This document shows, in pieces, positions 23,101 to 38,100 of a stretch of 64,000 nucleotides of DNA. A program made the position numbers and the translations under genes. The DNA is taken from contig OZ024740.1 in NCBI GenBank assembly GCA_964016885.1, positions 46,376,001 through 46,440,000 on the forward strand, given 5' to 3'. The notes below the pieces were generated by a model. The model saw only the letters and a program-made list of their open reading frames with translations. It ran no database searches and had not been told where the DNA came from. This DNA is from Eledone cirrhosa (Eukaryota). Positions within the stretch are counted from its first letter, which is position 1. Each line of letters begins with the position of its first letter.

Positions 23101-26100
23101 TAACAGAATTACAATGTAACCTCTACTATAGTCACAACCCAGCCTAACAGAATTACAATGTAACCTCTACTATAGCCACAACCCAGTCTAACAGAATTAC
23201 AATGTAAACTCTACTATAGCCACAACCCAGTCTAACAGAATTACAATGTAACCTCTACTATAGCCACAACCTAGCCTATCAGAATTACAATGTAACCTCT
23301 ACTATAGCCACAACCTAGCCTAACAGAATTACAATGTAACCTCTACTATAGTCACAACCCAGCCTAACAGAATTACAATGTAACCTCTACTATAGTCACA
23401 ACCCAGCCTAACAGAATTACAATGTAACCTCTACTATAGCCACAACCTAGCCTAACAGAATTACAATGTAACCTCTACTATAGCCACAACCTAGCCTAAC
23501 AGAATTACAATGTAACCTCTACTATAGCCACAACCTAGCCTAACAGAATTACAATGTAACCTCTACTATAGCCACAACCTAGCCTAACAGAATTACAATG
23601 TAACCTCTACTATAGCCACAACCTAGCCTAACAGAATTACAATGTAACCTCTACTATAGCCACAACCTAGCCTAACAGAATTACAATGTAACCTCTACTA
23701 TAGCCACAACACAGCCTAACAGAATTACAATGTAACCTCTACTATAGCCACTACCCAGCCTAACAGAATTACAATGTAACCTCTACTATAGCCACAACCC
23801 AGCCTAACAGAATTACAATGTAACCTCTACTATAGCCACAACCCAGCCTAACAGAATTACAATGTAACCTCTACTATAGCCACAACCCTGCCTAACAGAA
23901 TTACAATGTAACCCCTACTATAGCCACAACCCAGTCTAACAGAATTACAATGTAACCTCTACTATAGCCACAACCCAATCTAACAGAATTACAATGTAAC
24001 CTCTACTATAGCCACAACCCAACCTAACAGCAGAATTACAATGTAACCTCTACTATAGCCACAACCCAGCCTAACAGAATTACAATGTAACCTCTACTAT
24101 AGCCACAACCCAGTCTAACAGAATTACAATGTAACCTCTACTATAGCCACAACCCAGTCTAACAGAATTACAATGTAACCTCTACTATAGCCACAACCCA
24201 GTCTAAAAGAATTACAATGTAACCTCTACTATAGCCACAACCCAGTCTAACAGAATTACAATGTAACCTCTACTATAGCCACAACCCAGTCTAACAGAAT
24301 TACAATGTAACCTCTACTATAGCCACAACCCAGCCTAACAGAATTACAATGTAACCTCTACTATAGCCACAACCCAGTCTAACAGAATTACAATGTAACC
24401 TCTACTATAGCCACAACCCAGTCTAACAGAATTACAATGTAACCTCTACTATAGCCACAACCCAGTCTAACAGAATTACAATGTAACCTCTACTATAGCC
24501 ACAACCCAGTCTAACAGAATTACAATGTAACCTCTACTATAGCCACAACCCAACCTAACAGCAGAATTACAATGTAACCTCTACTATAGCCACAACCCAG
24601 TCTAACAGAATTACAATGTAACCTCTACTATAGCCACAACCCAGTCTAACAGAATTACAATGTAACCTCTACTATAGCCACAACCCAGTCTAACAGAATT
24701 ACAATGTAACCTCTACTATAGCCACAACCCAACCTAACAGCAGAATTACAATGTAACCTCTACTATAGCCACAACCCAGTCTAACAGAATTACAATGTAA
24801 CCTCTACTATAGCCACAACCCAGTCTAACAGAATTACAATGTAACCTCTACTATAGCCACAACCCAACCTAACAGCAGAATTACAACGTAACCTCTACTA
24901 TAGCCACAACCCAGCCTAACAGAATTACAATGTAACCTCTACTATAGCCACAACCCTGCCTAACAGAATTACAATGTAACCCCTACTATAGCCACAACCC
25001 AGTCTAACAGAATTACAATGTAACCTCTACTATAGCCACAACCCAGTCTAACAGAATTACAATGTAACCTCTACTATAGCCACAACCCAGTCTAACAGAA
25101 TTACAATGTAACCTCTACTATAGCCACAACCCAGTCTAACAGAATTACAATGTAACCTCTACTATAGCCACAACCCAGTCTAACAGAATTACAATGTAAC
25201 CTCTACTATAGCCACAACCCAGCCTAACAGAATTACAATGTAACCTCTACTATAGCCACAACCCAGTCTAACAGAATTACAATGTAACCTCTACTATAGC
25301 CACAACCCAGTCTAACAGAATTACAATGTAACCTCTACTATAGCCACAACCCAGTCTAACAGAATTACAATGTAACCTCTACTATAGCCACAACCCAGTC
25401 TAACAGAATTACAATGTAACCTCTACTATAGCCACAACCCAGTCTAACAGAATTACAATGTAACCTCTACTATAGCCACAACCCAGTCTAACAGAATTAC
25501 AATGTAACCTCTACTATAGCCACAACCCAGTCTAACAGAATTACAATGTAACCTCTACTATAGCCACAACCCAGCCTAACAGAATTACAATGTAACCTCT
25601 ACTATAGCCACAACCCAGTCTAACAGAATTACAATGTAACCTCTACTATAGCCACAACCCAGTCTAACAGAATTACAATGTAACCTCTACTATAGCCACA
25701 ACCCAACCTAACAGCAGAATTACAACGTAACCTCTACTATCGCCACAACCCAGCCTAACAGAATTACAATGTAACCTCTACTATAGCCACAACCCTGCCT
25801 AACAGAATTACAATGTAACCCCTACTATAGCCACAACCCAGTCTAACAGAATTACAATGTAACCTCTACTATAGCCACAACCCAGTCTAACAGAATTACA
25901 ATGTAACCTCTACTATAGCCACAACCCAACCTAACAGCAGAATTACAATGTAACCTCTACTATAGCCACAACCCAGTCTAACAGAATTACAATGTAACCT
26001 CTACTATAGCCACAACCCAGTCTAACAGAATTACAATGTAACCTCTACTATAGCCACAACCCAGTCTAACAGAATTACAATGTAACCACTACTATAGCCA

Positions 26101-29100
26101 CAACCCAGTCTAACAGAATTACAATGTAACCTCTACTATAGCCACAACCCAGCCTAACAGAATTACAATGCAACCTCTACTATAGTCACAACCCAGTCTA
26201 ACAGAATTACAATGTAACCTCTACTATAGTCACAACCCAGCCTAACAGAATTACAATGTAACCTCTACTAAAGCCACAACCCAGTCTAGCAGAATTACAA
26301 TGTAACCTCTACTATAGCCACAACCCAGCCTAACAGAATTACAATGTAACCTCTACTATAGCCACAACCTAGTCTAACAGAATTACAATGTAACCTCTAC
26401 TATAGCCACAACCCAGCCTAACAGAATTACAATGTAACCTCTACTATAGCCACAACCTAGCCTAACAGAATTACAATGTAACCTCTACTATAGCCACAAC
26501 CTAGTCTAACAGAATTACAATGTAACCTCTACTATAGCCACAACCTAGCCTAACAGAATTACAATGTAACCGCTACTATAGCCACAACCCATTCTAACAG
26601 AATTACAATGTAACCTCTACTATAGACACAACCCAGCCTAACAGAATTACAATGTAACCTCTACTATAGCCACAACCCAGTCTAACAGAATTACAATGTA
26701 ACCTCTACTATAGCCACAACCCAGTCTAACAGAATTACAATGTAACCTCTACTATAGCCACAACCGAGTCTAACAGAATTACAATGTAACCTCTACTATA
26801 GCCACAACCCAGTCTAACAGAATTACAATGTAACCTCTACTATAGCCACAACCTAGCCTAACAGAATTACAATGTAACCTCTACTATAGCCACAACCTAG
26901 CCTAACAGAATTACAATGTAACCTCTACTATAGTCACAACCCAGTCTAACAGAATTACAATGTAACCTCTACTATAGCCACAACCTAGCCTAACAGAATT
27001 ACAATGTAACCTCTACTATAGCCACAACCTAGCCTAACAGAATTACAATGTAACCTCTACTATAGTCACAACCCAGCCTAACAGAATTACAATGTAACCT
27101 CTACTATAGCCACAACCCAGTCTAACAGAATTACAATGTAACCTCTACTATAGCCACAACCCAGTCTAACAGAATTACAATGTAACCTCTACTATAGCCA
27201 CAACCTAGCCTAACAGAATTACAATGTAACCTCTACTATAGCCACAACCTAGCCTAACAGAATTACAATGTAACCTCTACTATAGCCACAACCCAGTCTA
27301 ACAGAATTACAATGTAACCTCTACTATAGCCACAACCCAGTCTAACAGAATTACAATGTAACCTCTACTATAGCCACAACCCAACCTAACAGAATTACAA
27401 TGTAACCTCTACTATAGCCACAACCCAGTCTAACAGAATTACAATGTAACCTCTACTATAGCCACAACCTAGCCTAACAGAATTACAATGTAACCTCTAC
27501 TATAGCCACAACCTAGCTTAACAGAATTACAATGTAACCTCTACTATAGCCACAACCTAGCCTAACAGAATTACAATGTAACCTCTACTATAGCCACAAC
27601 CTAGCCTAACAGAATTACAATGTAACCTCTACTATAGCCACAATCTAGCTTAACAGAATTACAATGTAACCTCTACTATAGCCACAACCTAGCCTAACAG
27701 AATTACAATGTAACCTCTACTATAGCCACAACCCAGCCTAACAGAATTACAATGTAACCTCTACTATAGCCACAACCTAGCCTAACAGAATTACAATGTA
27801 ACCTCTACTATAGCCACAACCTAGCCTAACAGAATTACAATGTAACCTCTACTATAGCCACAACCTAGCTTAACAGAATTACAATGTAACCTCTACTATA
27901 GCCACAACCCAGCCTAACAGAATTACAATGTAACCTCTACTATAGCCACAACCCAGTCTAACAGAATTACAATGTAACCTCTACTATAGCCACAACCCAG
28001 TCTAACAGAATTACAATGTAACCTCTACTATAGCCACAACCAAGCCTAACAGAATTACAATGTAACCTCTACTATAGCCACAACCTAGCCTAACAGAATT
28101 ACAATGTAACCTCTACTATAGCCACAACCTAGCCTAACAGAATTACAATGTAACCTCTACTATAGCCACAGCCTAGCCTAACAGAATTACAATGTAACCT
28201 CTACTATAGCCACAACCCAGTCTAACAGAATTACAATGTAACCTCTACTATAGCCACAACCCAGCCTAACAGAATTACAATGTAACCTCTACTATAGCCA
28301 CAACCTAGTCTAACAGAATTACAATGTAACCTCTACTATAGCCACAACCCAGCCTAACAGAATTACAATGTAACCTCTACTATAGCCACAGCCTAGCCTA
28401 ACAGAATTACAATGTAACCTCTACTATAGCCACAACCCAGTCTAACAGAATTACAATGTAACCTCTACTATAGCCACAACCCAGCCTAACAGAATTACAA
28501 TGTAACCTCTACTATAGCCACAACCTAGTCTAACAGAATTACAATGTAACCTCTACTATAGCCACAACCCAGCCTAACAGAATTACAATGTAACCTCTAC
28601 TATAGCCACAGCCTAGCCTAACAGAATTACAATGTAACCTCTGCTATAGCCACAACCCAGTCTAACAGAATTACAATGTAACCTCTACTATAGCCACAAC
28701 CTAGCCTAACAGAATTACAATGTAACCTCTACTATAGCCACAACCCAGCCTAACAGAATTACAATGTAACCTCTACTATAGCCACAACCTCGTCTAGCAG
28801 AATTACAATGTAAACTCTACTATAGCCACAACCTAGTCTAACAGAATTACAATGTAACCTCTACTATAGCCACAACCTAGCCTAACAGAATTACAATGTA
28901 ACCTCTACTATAGCCACAACCTAGCCTAACAGAATTACAATGTAACCTCTACTATAGCCACAACCTCGTCTAGCAGAATTACAATGTAAACTCTACTATA
29001 GCCACAACCTAGCCTAACAGAATTACAATGTAACCTCTACTATAGCCACAACCTAGCCTAACAGAATTACAATGTAACCTCTACTATAGTCACAACCTAG

Positions 29101-32100
29101 CCTAACAGAATTACAATGTAACCTCTACTATAGCCACAACCTAGTCTAACAGAATTACAATGTAACCTCTACTATAGCCACAACCTAGCCTAACAGAATT
29201 ACAATGTAACCTCTACTATAGTCACAACCTAGCCTAACAGAATTACAATGTAACCTCTACTATAGCCACAACCTAGCCTAACAGAATTACAATGTAACCT
29301 CTACTATAGCCACAACCTAGCCTAACAGAATTACAATGTAACCTCTACTATAGCCACAACCCAGTCTAACAGAATTACAATGTAACCTCTACTATAGTCA
29401 CAACCCAGCCTAACAGAATTACAATGTAACCTCTACTATAGCCACGACCCAGCCTAACAGAATTACAATGTAACCTCTACTATAGCCACAACCCATTCTA
29501 ACAGAATTACAATGTAACCTCTACTATAGCCACAACCTAGTCTAACAGAATTACAATGTAACCTCTACTATAGCCACAACCTAGCCTAACAGAATTACAA
29601 TGTAACCTCTACTATAGCCACAACGCAGTCTAACAGAATTACAATGTAACCTCTACTATAGTCACAACCCAGCCTAACAGAATTACAATGTAACCTCTAC
29701 TATAGCCACAACCCAGTCTAACAGAATTACAATGTAACCTCTACTATAGCCACAACCCAGTCTAACAGAATTACAATGTAACCTCTACTATAGCCACAAC
29801 CTAGCCTATCAGAATTACAATGTAAACTCTACTATAGCCACAACCCAGTCTAACAGAATTACAATGTAACCTCTACTATAGCCACAACCTAGCCTATCAG
29901 AATTACAATGTAACCTCTACTATAGCCACAACCTAGCCTAACAGCAGAATTACAATGTAACCTCTACTATAGCCACAACCTAGCCTAACAGAATTACAAT
30001 GTAACCTCTACTATAGTCACAACCTAGCCTAACAGAATTACAATGTAACCTCTACTATAGCCACAACCTAGCCTATCAGAATTACAATGTAAACTCTACT
30101 ATAGCCACAACCCAGTCTAACAGAATTACAATGTAACCTCTACTATAGTCACAACCCAGCCTAACAGAATTACAATGTAACCTCTACTATAGTCACAACC
30201 CAGCCTAACAGCAGAATTACAATGTAACCTCTACTATAGCCACAACCCAGTCTAACAGAATTACAATGTAACCTCTACTATAGCCACAACCCAGTCTAAC
30301 AGAATTACAATGTAACCTCTACTATAGCCACAACCCAACCTAACAGCAGAATTACAACGTAACCTCTACTATAGCCACAACCCAGCCTAACAGAATTACA
30401 ATGTAACCTCTACTATAGCCACAACCCTGCCTAACAGAATTACAATGTAACCCCTACTATAGCCACAACCCAGTCTAACAGAATTACAATGTAACCTCTA
30501 CTATAGCCACAACCCAGTCTAACAGAATTACAATGTAACCTCTACTATAGCCACAACCTAGCCTAACAGAATTACAATGTAACCTCTACTATAGCCACAA
30601 CCTAGCTTAACAGAATTACAATGTAACCTCTACTATAGCCACAACCTAGCCTAACAGAATTACAATGTAACCTCTACTATAGCCACAACCTAGCCTAACA
30701 GAATTACAATGTAACCTCTACTATAGCCACAATCTAGCTTAACAGAATTACAATGTAACCTCTACTATAGCCACAACCTAGCCTAACAGAATTACAATGT
30801 AACCTCTACTACAGCCACAACCCAGCCTAACAGAATTACAATGTAACCTCTACTATAACCACAACCTAGCCTAACAGAATTACAATGTAACCTCTACTAT
30901 AGCCACAACCTAGCCTAACAGAATTACAATGTAACCTCTACTATAGCCACAACCTAGCTTAACGGAATTACAATGTAACCTCTACTATAGCCACAACCCA
31001 GCCTAACAGAATTACAATGTAACCTCTACTATAGCCACAACCCAGTCTAACAGAATTACAATGTAACCTCTACTATAGCCACAACCCAGTCTAACAGAAT
31101 TACAATGTAACCTCTACTATAGCCACAACCAAGCCTAACAGAATTACAATGTAACCTCTACTATAGCCACAACCTAGCCTAACAGAATTACAATGTAACC
31201 TCTACTATAGCCACAACCTAGCCTAACAGAATTACAATGTAACCTCTACTATAGCCACAGCCTAGCCTAACAGAATTACAATGTAACCTCTACTATAGCC
31301 ACAACCCAGTCTAACAGAATTACAATGTAACCTCTACTATAGCCACAACCCAGCCTAACAGAATTACAATGTAACCTCTACTATAGCCACAACCTAGTCT
31401 AACAGAATTACAATGTAACCTCTACTATAGCCACAACCTAGTCTAACAGAATTACAATGTAACCTCTACTATAGCCACAACCTAGCCTAACAGAATTACA
31501 ATGTAACCTCTACTATAGCCACAACCTAGCCTAACAGAATTACAATGTAACCTCTACTATAGTCACAACCCAGCCTAACAGAATTACAATGTAACCTCTA
31601 CTATAGCCACAACCCAGTCTAACAGAATTACAATGTAACCTCTACTACAGCCACAACCCAGTCTAACAGAATTACAATGTAACCTCTACTATAGCCACAA
31701 CCTAGCCTATCAGAATTACAATGTAACCTCTACTATACCCACAACCCATTCTAACAGAATTACAATGTAACCTCTACTATAGTCACAACCCAGCCTAACA
31801 GAATTACAATGTAACCTCTACTATAGTCACAACCCAGCCTAACAGAATTACAATGTAACCTCTACTATAGCCACAACCTAGCCTAACAGAATTACAATGT
31901 AACCTCTACTATAGCCACAACCTAGCCTAACAGAATTACAATGTAACCTCTACTATAGCCACAACCTAGCCTAACAGAATTACAATGTAACCTCTACTAT
32001 AGTCACAACCCAGCCTAACAGAATTACAATGTAACCTCTACTATAGCCACAACCCAGTCTAACAGAATTACAATGTAACCTCTACTATAGCCACAACCCA

Positions 32101-35100
32101 GTCTAACAGAATTACAATGTAACCTCTACTATAGCCACAACCTAGCCTATCAGAATTACAATGTAACCTCTACTATAGCCACAACCCATTCTAACAGAAT
32201 TACAATGTAACCTCTACTATAGTCACAACCCAGCCTAACAGAATTACAATGTAACCTCTACTATAGCCACAACCCAGTCTAACAGAATTACAATGTAACC
32301 TCTACTATAGCCACAACCCAGTCTAACAGAATTACAATGTAACCTCTACTATAGCCACAACCTAGCCTAACAGAATTACAATGTAACCTCTACTATAGCC
32401 ACAACCTAGCCTAACAGAATTACAATGTAACCTCTACTATAGTCACAACCCAGCCTAACAGAATTACAATGTAACCTCTACTATAGCCACAACCCAGTCT
32501 AACAGAATTACAATGTAAACTCTACTATAGCCACAACCCAGTCTAACAGAATTACAATGTAACCTCTACTATAGCCACAACCTAGCCTATCAGAATTACA
32601 ATGTAACCTCTACTATAGCCACAACCTAGCCTAACAGAATTACAATGTAACCTCTACTATAGTCACAACCCAGCCTAACAGAATTACAATGTAACCTCTA
32701 CTATAGTCACAACCCAGCCTAACAGAATTACAATGTAACCTCTACTATAGCCACAACCTAGCCTAACAGAATTACAATGTAACCTCTACTATAGCCACAA
32801 CCCAGCCTAACAGAATTACAATGTAACCTCTACTATAGCCACAACCTAGCCTAACAGAATTACAATGTAACCTCTACTATAGCCTCCAACCTAGCCTAAC
32901 AGAATTACAATGTAACCTCTACTATAGCCACAACCTAGCCTAACAGAATTACAATGTAACCTCTACTATAGCCACAACCTAGCCTAACAGAATTACAATG
33001 TAACCTCTACTATAGCCACAACCTAGCCTAACAGAATTACAATGTAACCTCTACTATAGCCACAACCTAGCCTAACAGAATTACAATGTAACCTCTACTA
33101 TAGCCACAACCTAGCCTAACAGAATTACAATGTAACCTCTACTATAGCCACAACCTTGCCTAACAGAATTACAATGTAACCTCTACAATAGCCACAACAC
33201 AGCCTAACAGAATTACAATGTAACCTCTACTATAGCCACAACCCAGCCTAACAGAATTACAATGTAACCTCTACTATAGCCACAACCCAGCCTAACAGAA
33301 TTACAATGTAACCTCTACTATAGCCACAACCCAGCCTAACAGAATTACAATGTAACCTCTACTATAGCCACAACCCTGCCTAACAGAATTACAATGTAAC
33401 CCCTACTATAGCCACAACCCAGTCTAACAGAATTACAATGTAACCTCTACTATAGCCACAACCCAATCTAACAGAATTACAATGTAACCTCTACTATAGC
33501 CACAACCCAACCTAACAGCAGAATTACAATGTAACCTCTACTATAGCCACAACCCAGCCTAACAGAATTACAATGTAACCTCTACTATAGCCACAACCCA
33601 GTCTAACAGAATTACAATGTAACCTCTACTATAGCCACAACCCAGTCTAACAGAATTACAATGTAACCTCTACTATAGCCACAACCCAGTCTAAAAGAAT
33701 TACAATGTAACCTCTACTATAGCCACAACCCAGTCTAACAGAATTACAATGTAACCTCTACTATAGCCACAACCCAGTCTAACAGAATTACAATGTAACC
33801 TCTACTATAGCCACAACCCAGCCTAACAGAATTACAATGTAACCTCTACTATAGCCACAACCCAGTCTAACAGAATTACAATGTAACCTCTACTATAGCC
33901 ACAACCCAGTCTAACAGAATTACAATGTAACCTCTACTATAGCCACAACCCAGTCTAACAGAATTACAATGTAACCTCTACTATAGCCACAACCCAGTCT
34001 AACAGAATTACAATGTAACCTCTACTATAGCCACAACCCAACCTACCAGCAGAATTACAATGTAACCTCTACTATAGCCACAACCCAGTCTAACAGAATT
34101 ACAATGTAACCTCTACTATAGCCACAACCCAGTCTAACAGAATTACAATGTAACCTCTACTATAGCCACAACCCAACCTAACAGCAGAATTACAACGTAA
34201 CCTCTACTATAGCCACAACCCAGCCTAACAGAATTACAATGTAACCTCTACTATAGCCACAACCCTGCCTAACAGAATTACAATGTAACCCCTACTATAG
34301 CCACAACCCAGTCTAACAGAATTACAATGTAACCTCTACTATAGCCACAACCTAGTCTAACAGAATTACAATGTAACCTCTACTATAGCCACAACCTAGC
34401 CTAACAGAATTACAATGTAACCTCTACTATAGCCACAACCTAGCCTAACAGAATTACAATGTAACCTCTACTATAGTCACAACCCAGCCTAACAGAATTA
34501 CAATGTAACCTCTACTATAGCCACAACCCAGTCTAACAGAATTACAATGTAACCTCTACTATAGCCACAACCCAGTCTAACAGAATTACAATGTAACCTC
34601 TACTATAGCCACAACCTAGCCTATCAGAATTACAATGTAACCTCTACTATAGCCACAACCCATTCTAACAGAATTACAATGTAACCTCTACTATAGTCAC
34701 AACCCAGCCTAACAGAATTACAATGTAACCTCTACTATAGTCACAACCCAGCCTAACAGAATTACAATGTAACCTCTACTATAGCCACAACCTAGCCTAA
34801 CAGAATTACAATGTAACCTCTACTATAGCCACAACCTAGCCTAACAGAATTACAATGTAACCTCTACTATAGCCACAACCTAGCCTAACAGAATTACAAT
34901 GTAACCTCTACTATAGTCACAACCCAGCCTAACAGAATTACAATGTAACCTCTACTATAGCCACAACCCAGTCTAACAGAATTAGAATGTAACCTCTACT
35001 ATAGCCACAACCCAGTCTAACAGAATTACAATGTAACCTCTACTATAGCCACAACCTAGCCTATCAGAATTACAATGTAACCTCTACTATAGCCACAACC

Positions 35101-38100
35101 CATTCTAACAGAATTACAATGTAACCTCTACTATAGTCACAACCCAGCCTAACAGAATTACAATGTAACCTCTACTATAGCCACAACCCAGTCTAACAGA
35201 ATTACAATGTAACCTCTACTATAGCCACAACCCAGTCTAACAGAATTACAATGTAACCTCTCCTATAGCCACAACCTAGCCTAACAGAATTACAATGTAA
35301 CCTCTACTATAGCCACAACCTAGCCTAACAGAATTACAATGTAACCTCTACTATAGTCACAACCCAGCCTAACAGAATTACAATGTAACCTCTACTATAG
35401 CCACAACCCAGTCTAACAGAATTACAATGTAAACTCTACTATAGCCACAACCCAGTCTAACAGAATTACAATGTAACCTCTACTATAGCCACAACCTAGC
35501 CTATCAGAATTACAATGTAACCTCTACTATAGCCACAACCTAGCCTAACAGAATTACAATGTAACCTCTACTATAGTCACAACCCAGCCTAACAGAATTA
35601 CAATGTAACCTCTACTATAGTCACAACCCAGCCTAACAGAATTACAATGTGACCTCTACTATAGCCACAACCTAGCCTAACAGAATTACAATGTAACCTC
35701 TACTATAGCCACAACCCAGCCTAACAGAATTACAATGTAACCTCTACTATAGCCACAACCTAGCCTAACAGAATTACAATGTAACCTCTACTATAGCCAC
35801 AACCTAGCCTAACAGAATTACAATGTAACCTCTACTATAGCCACAACCTAGCCTAACAGAATTACAATGTAACCTCTACTATAGCCACAACCTAGCCTAA
35901 CAGAATTACAATGTAACCTCTACTATAGCCACAACCTAGCCTAACAGAATTACAATGTAACCTCTACTATAGCCACAACCTAGCCTAACAGAATTACAAT
36001 GTAACCTCTACTATAGCCACAACCTAGCCTAACAGAATTACAATGTAACCTCTACTATAGCCACAACCTAGCCTAACAGAATTACAATGTAACCTCTACT
36101 ATAGCCACAACACAGCCTAACAGAATTACAATGTAACCTCTACTATAGCCACTACCCAGCCTAACAGAATTACAATGTAACCTCTACTATAGCCACAACC
36201 CAGCCTAACAGAATTACAATGTAACCTCTACTATAGCCACAACCCAGCCTAACAGAATTACAATGTAACCTCTACTATAGCCACAACCCTGCCTAACAGA
36301 ATTACAATGTAACCCCTACTATAGCCACAACCCAGTCTAACAGAATTACAATGTAACCTCTACTATAGCCACAACCCAATCTAACAGAATTACAATGTAA
36401 CCTCTACTATAGCCACAACCCAACCTAACAGCAGAATTACAATGTAACCTCTACTATAGCCACAACCCAGCCTAACAGAATTACAATGTAACCTCTACTA
36501 TAGCCACAACCCAGTCTAACAGAATTACAATGTAACCTCTACTATAGCCACAACCCAGTCTAACAGAATTACAATGTAACCTCTACTATAGCCACAACCC
36601 AGTCTAAAAGAATTACAATGTAACCTCTACTATAGCCACAACCCAGTCTAACAGAATTACAATGTAACCTCTACTATAGCCACAACCCAGTCTAACAGAA
36701 TTACAATGTAACCTCTACTATAGCCACAACCCAGCCTAACAGAATTACAATGTAACCTCTACTATAGCCACAACCCAGTCTAACAGAATTACAATGTAAC
36801 CTCTACTATAGCCACAACCCAGTCTAACAGAATTACAATGTAACCTCTACTATAGCCACAACCCAGTCTAACAGAATTACAATGTAACCTCTACTATAGC
36901 CACAACCCAGTCTAACAGAATTACAATGTAACCTCTACTATAGCCACAACCCAACCTAACAGCAGAATTACAATGTAACCTCTACTATAGCCACAACCCA
37001 GTCTAACAGAATTACAATGTAACCTCTACTATAGCCACAACCCAGTCTAACAGAATTACAATGTAACCTCTACTATAGCCACAACCCAGTCTAACAGAAT
37101 TACAATGTAACCTCTACTATAGCCACAACCCAACCTAACAGCAGAATTACAATGTAACCTCTACTATAGCCACAACCTAGCCTAACAGAATTACAATGTA
37201 ACCTCTACTATAGTCACAACCCAGCCTAACAGAATTACAATGTAACCTCTACTATAGCCACAACCCAGTCTAACAGAATTACAATGTAACCTCTACTATA
37301 GCCACAACCCAGTCTAACAGAATTACAATGTAACCTCTACTATAGCCACAACCTAGCCTATCAGAATTACAATGTAACCTCTACTATAGCCACAACCCAT
37401 TCTAACAGAATTACAATGTAACCTCTACTATAGTCACAACCCAGCCTAACAGAATTACAATGTAACCTCTACTATAGTCACAACCCAGCCTAACAGAATT
37501 ACAATGTAACCTCTACTATAGCCACAACCTAGCCTAACAGAATTACAATGTAACCTCTACTATAGCCACAACCTAGCCTAACAGAATTACAATGTAACCT
37601 CTACTATAGCCACAACCTAGCCTAACAGAATTACAATGTAACCTCTACTATAGTCACAACCCAGCCTAACAGAATTACAATGTAACCTCTACTATAGCCA
37701 CAACCCAGTCTAACAGAATTAGAATGTAACCTCTACTATAGCCACAACCCAGTCTAACAGAATTACAATGTAACCTCTACTATAGCCACAACCTAGCCTA
37801 TCAGAATTACAATGTAACCTCTACTATAGCCACAACCCATTCTAACAGAATTACAATGTAACCTCTACTATAGTCACAACCCAGCCTAACAGAATTACAA
37901 TGTAACCTCTACTATAGCCACAACCCAGTCTAACAGAATTACAATGTAACCTCTACTATAGCCACAACCCAGTCTAACAGAATTACAATGTAACCTCTAC
38001 TATAGCCACAACCTAGCCTAACAGAATTACAATGTAACCTCTACTATAGCCACAACCTAGCCTAACAGAATTACAATGTAACCTCTACTATAGTCACAAC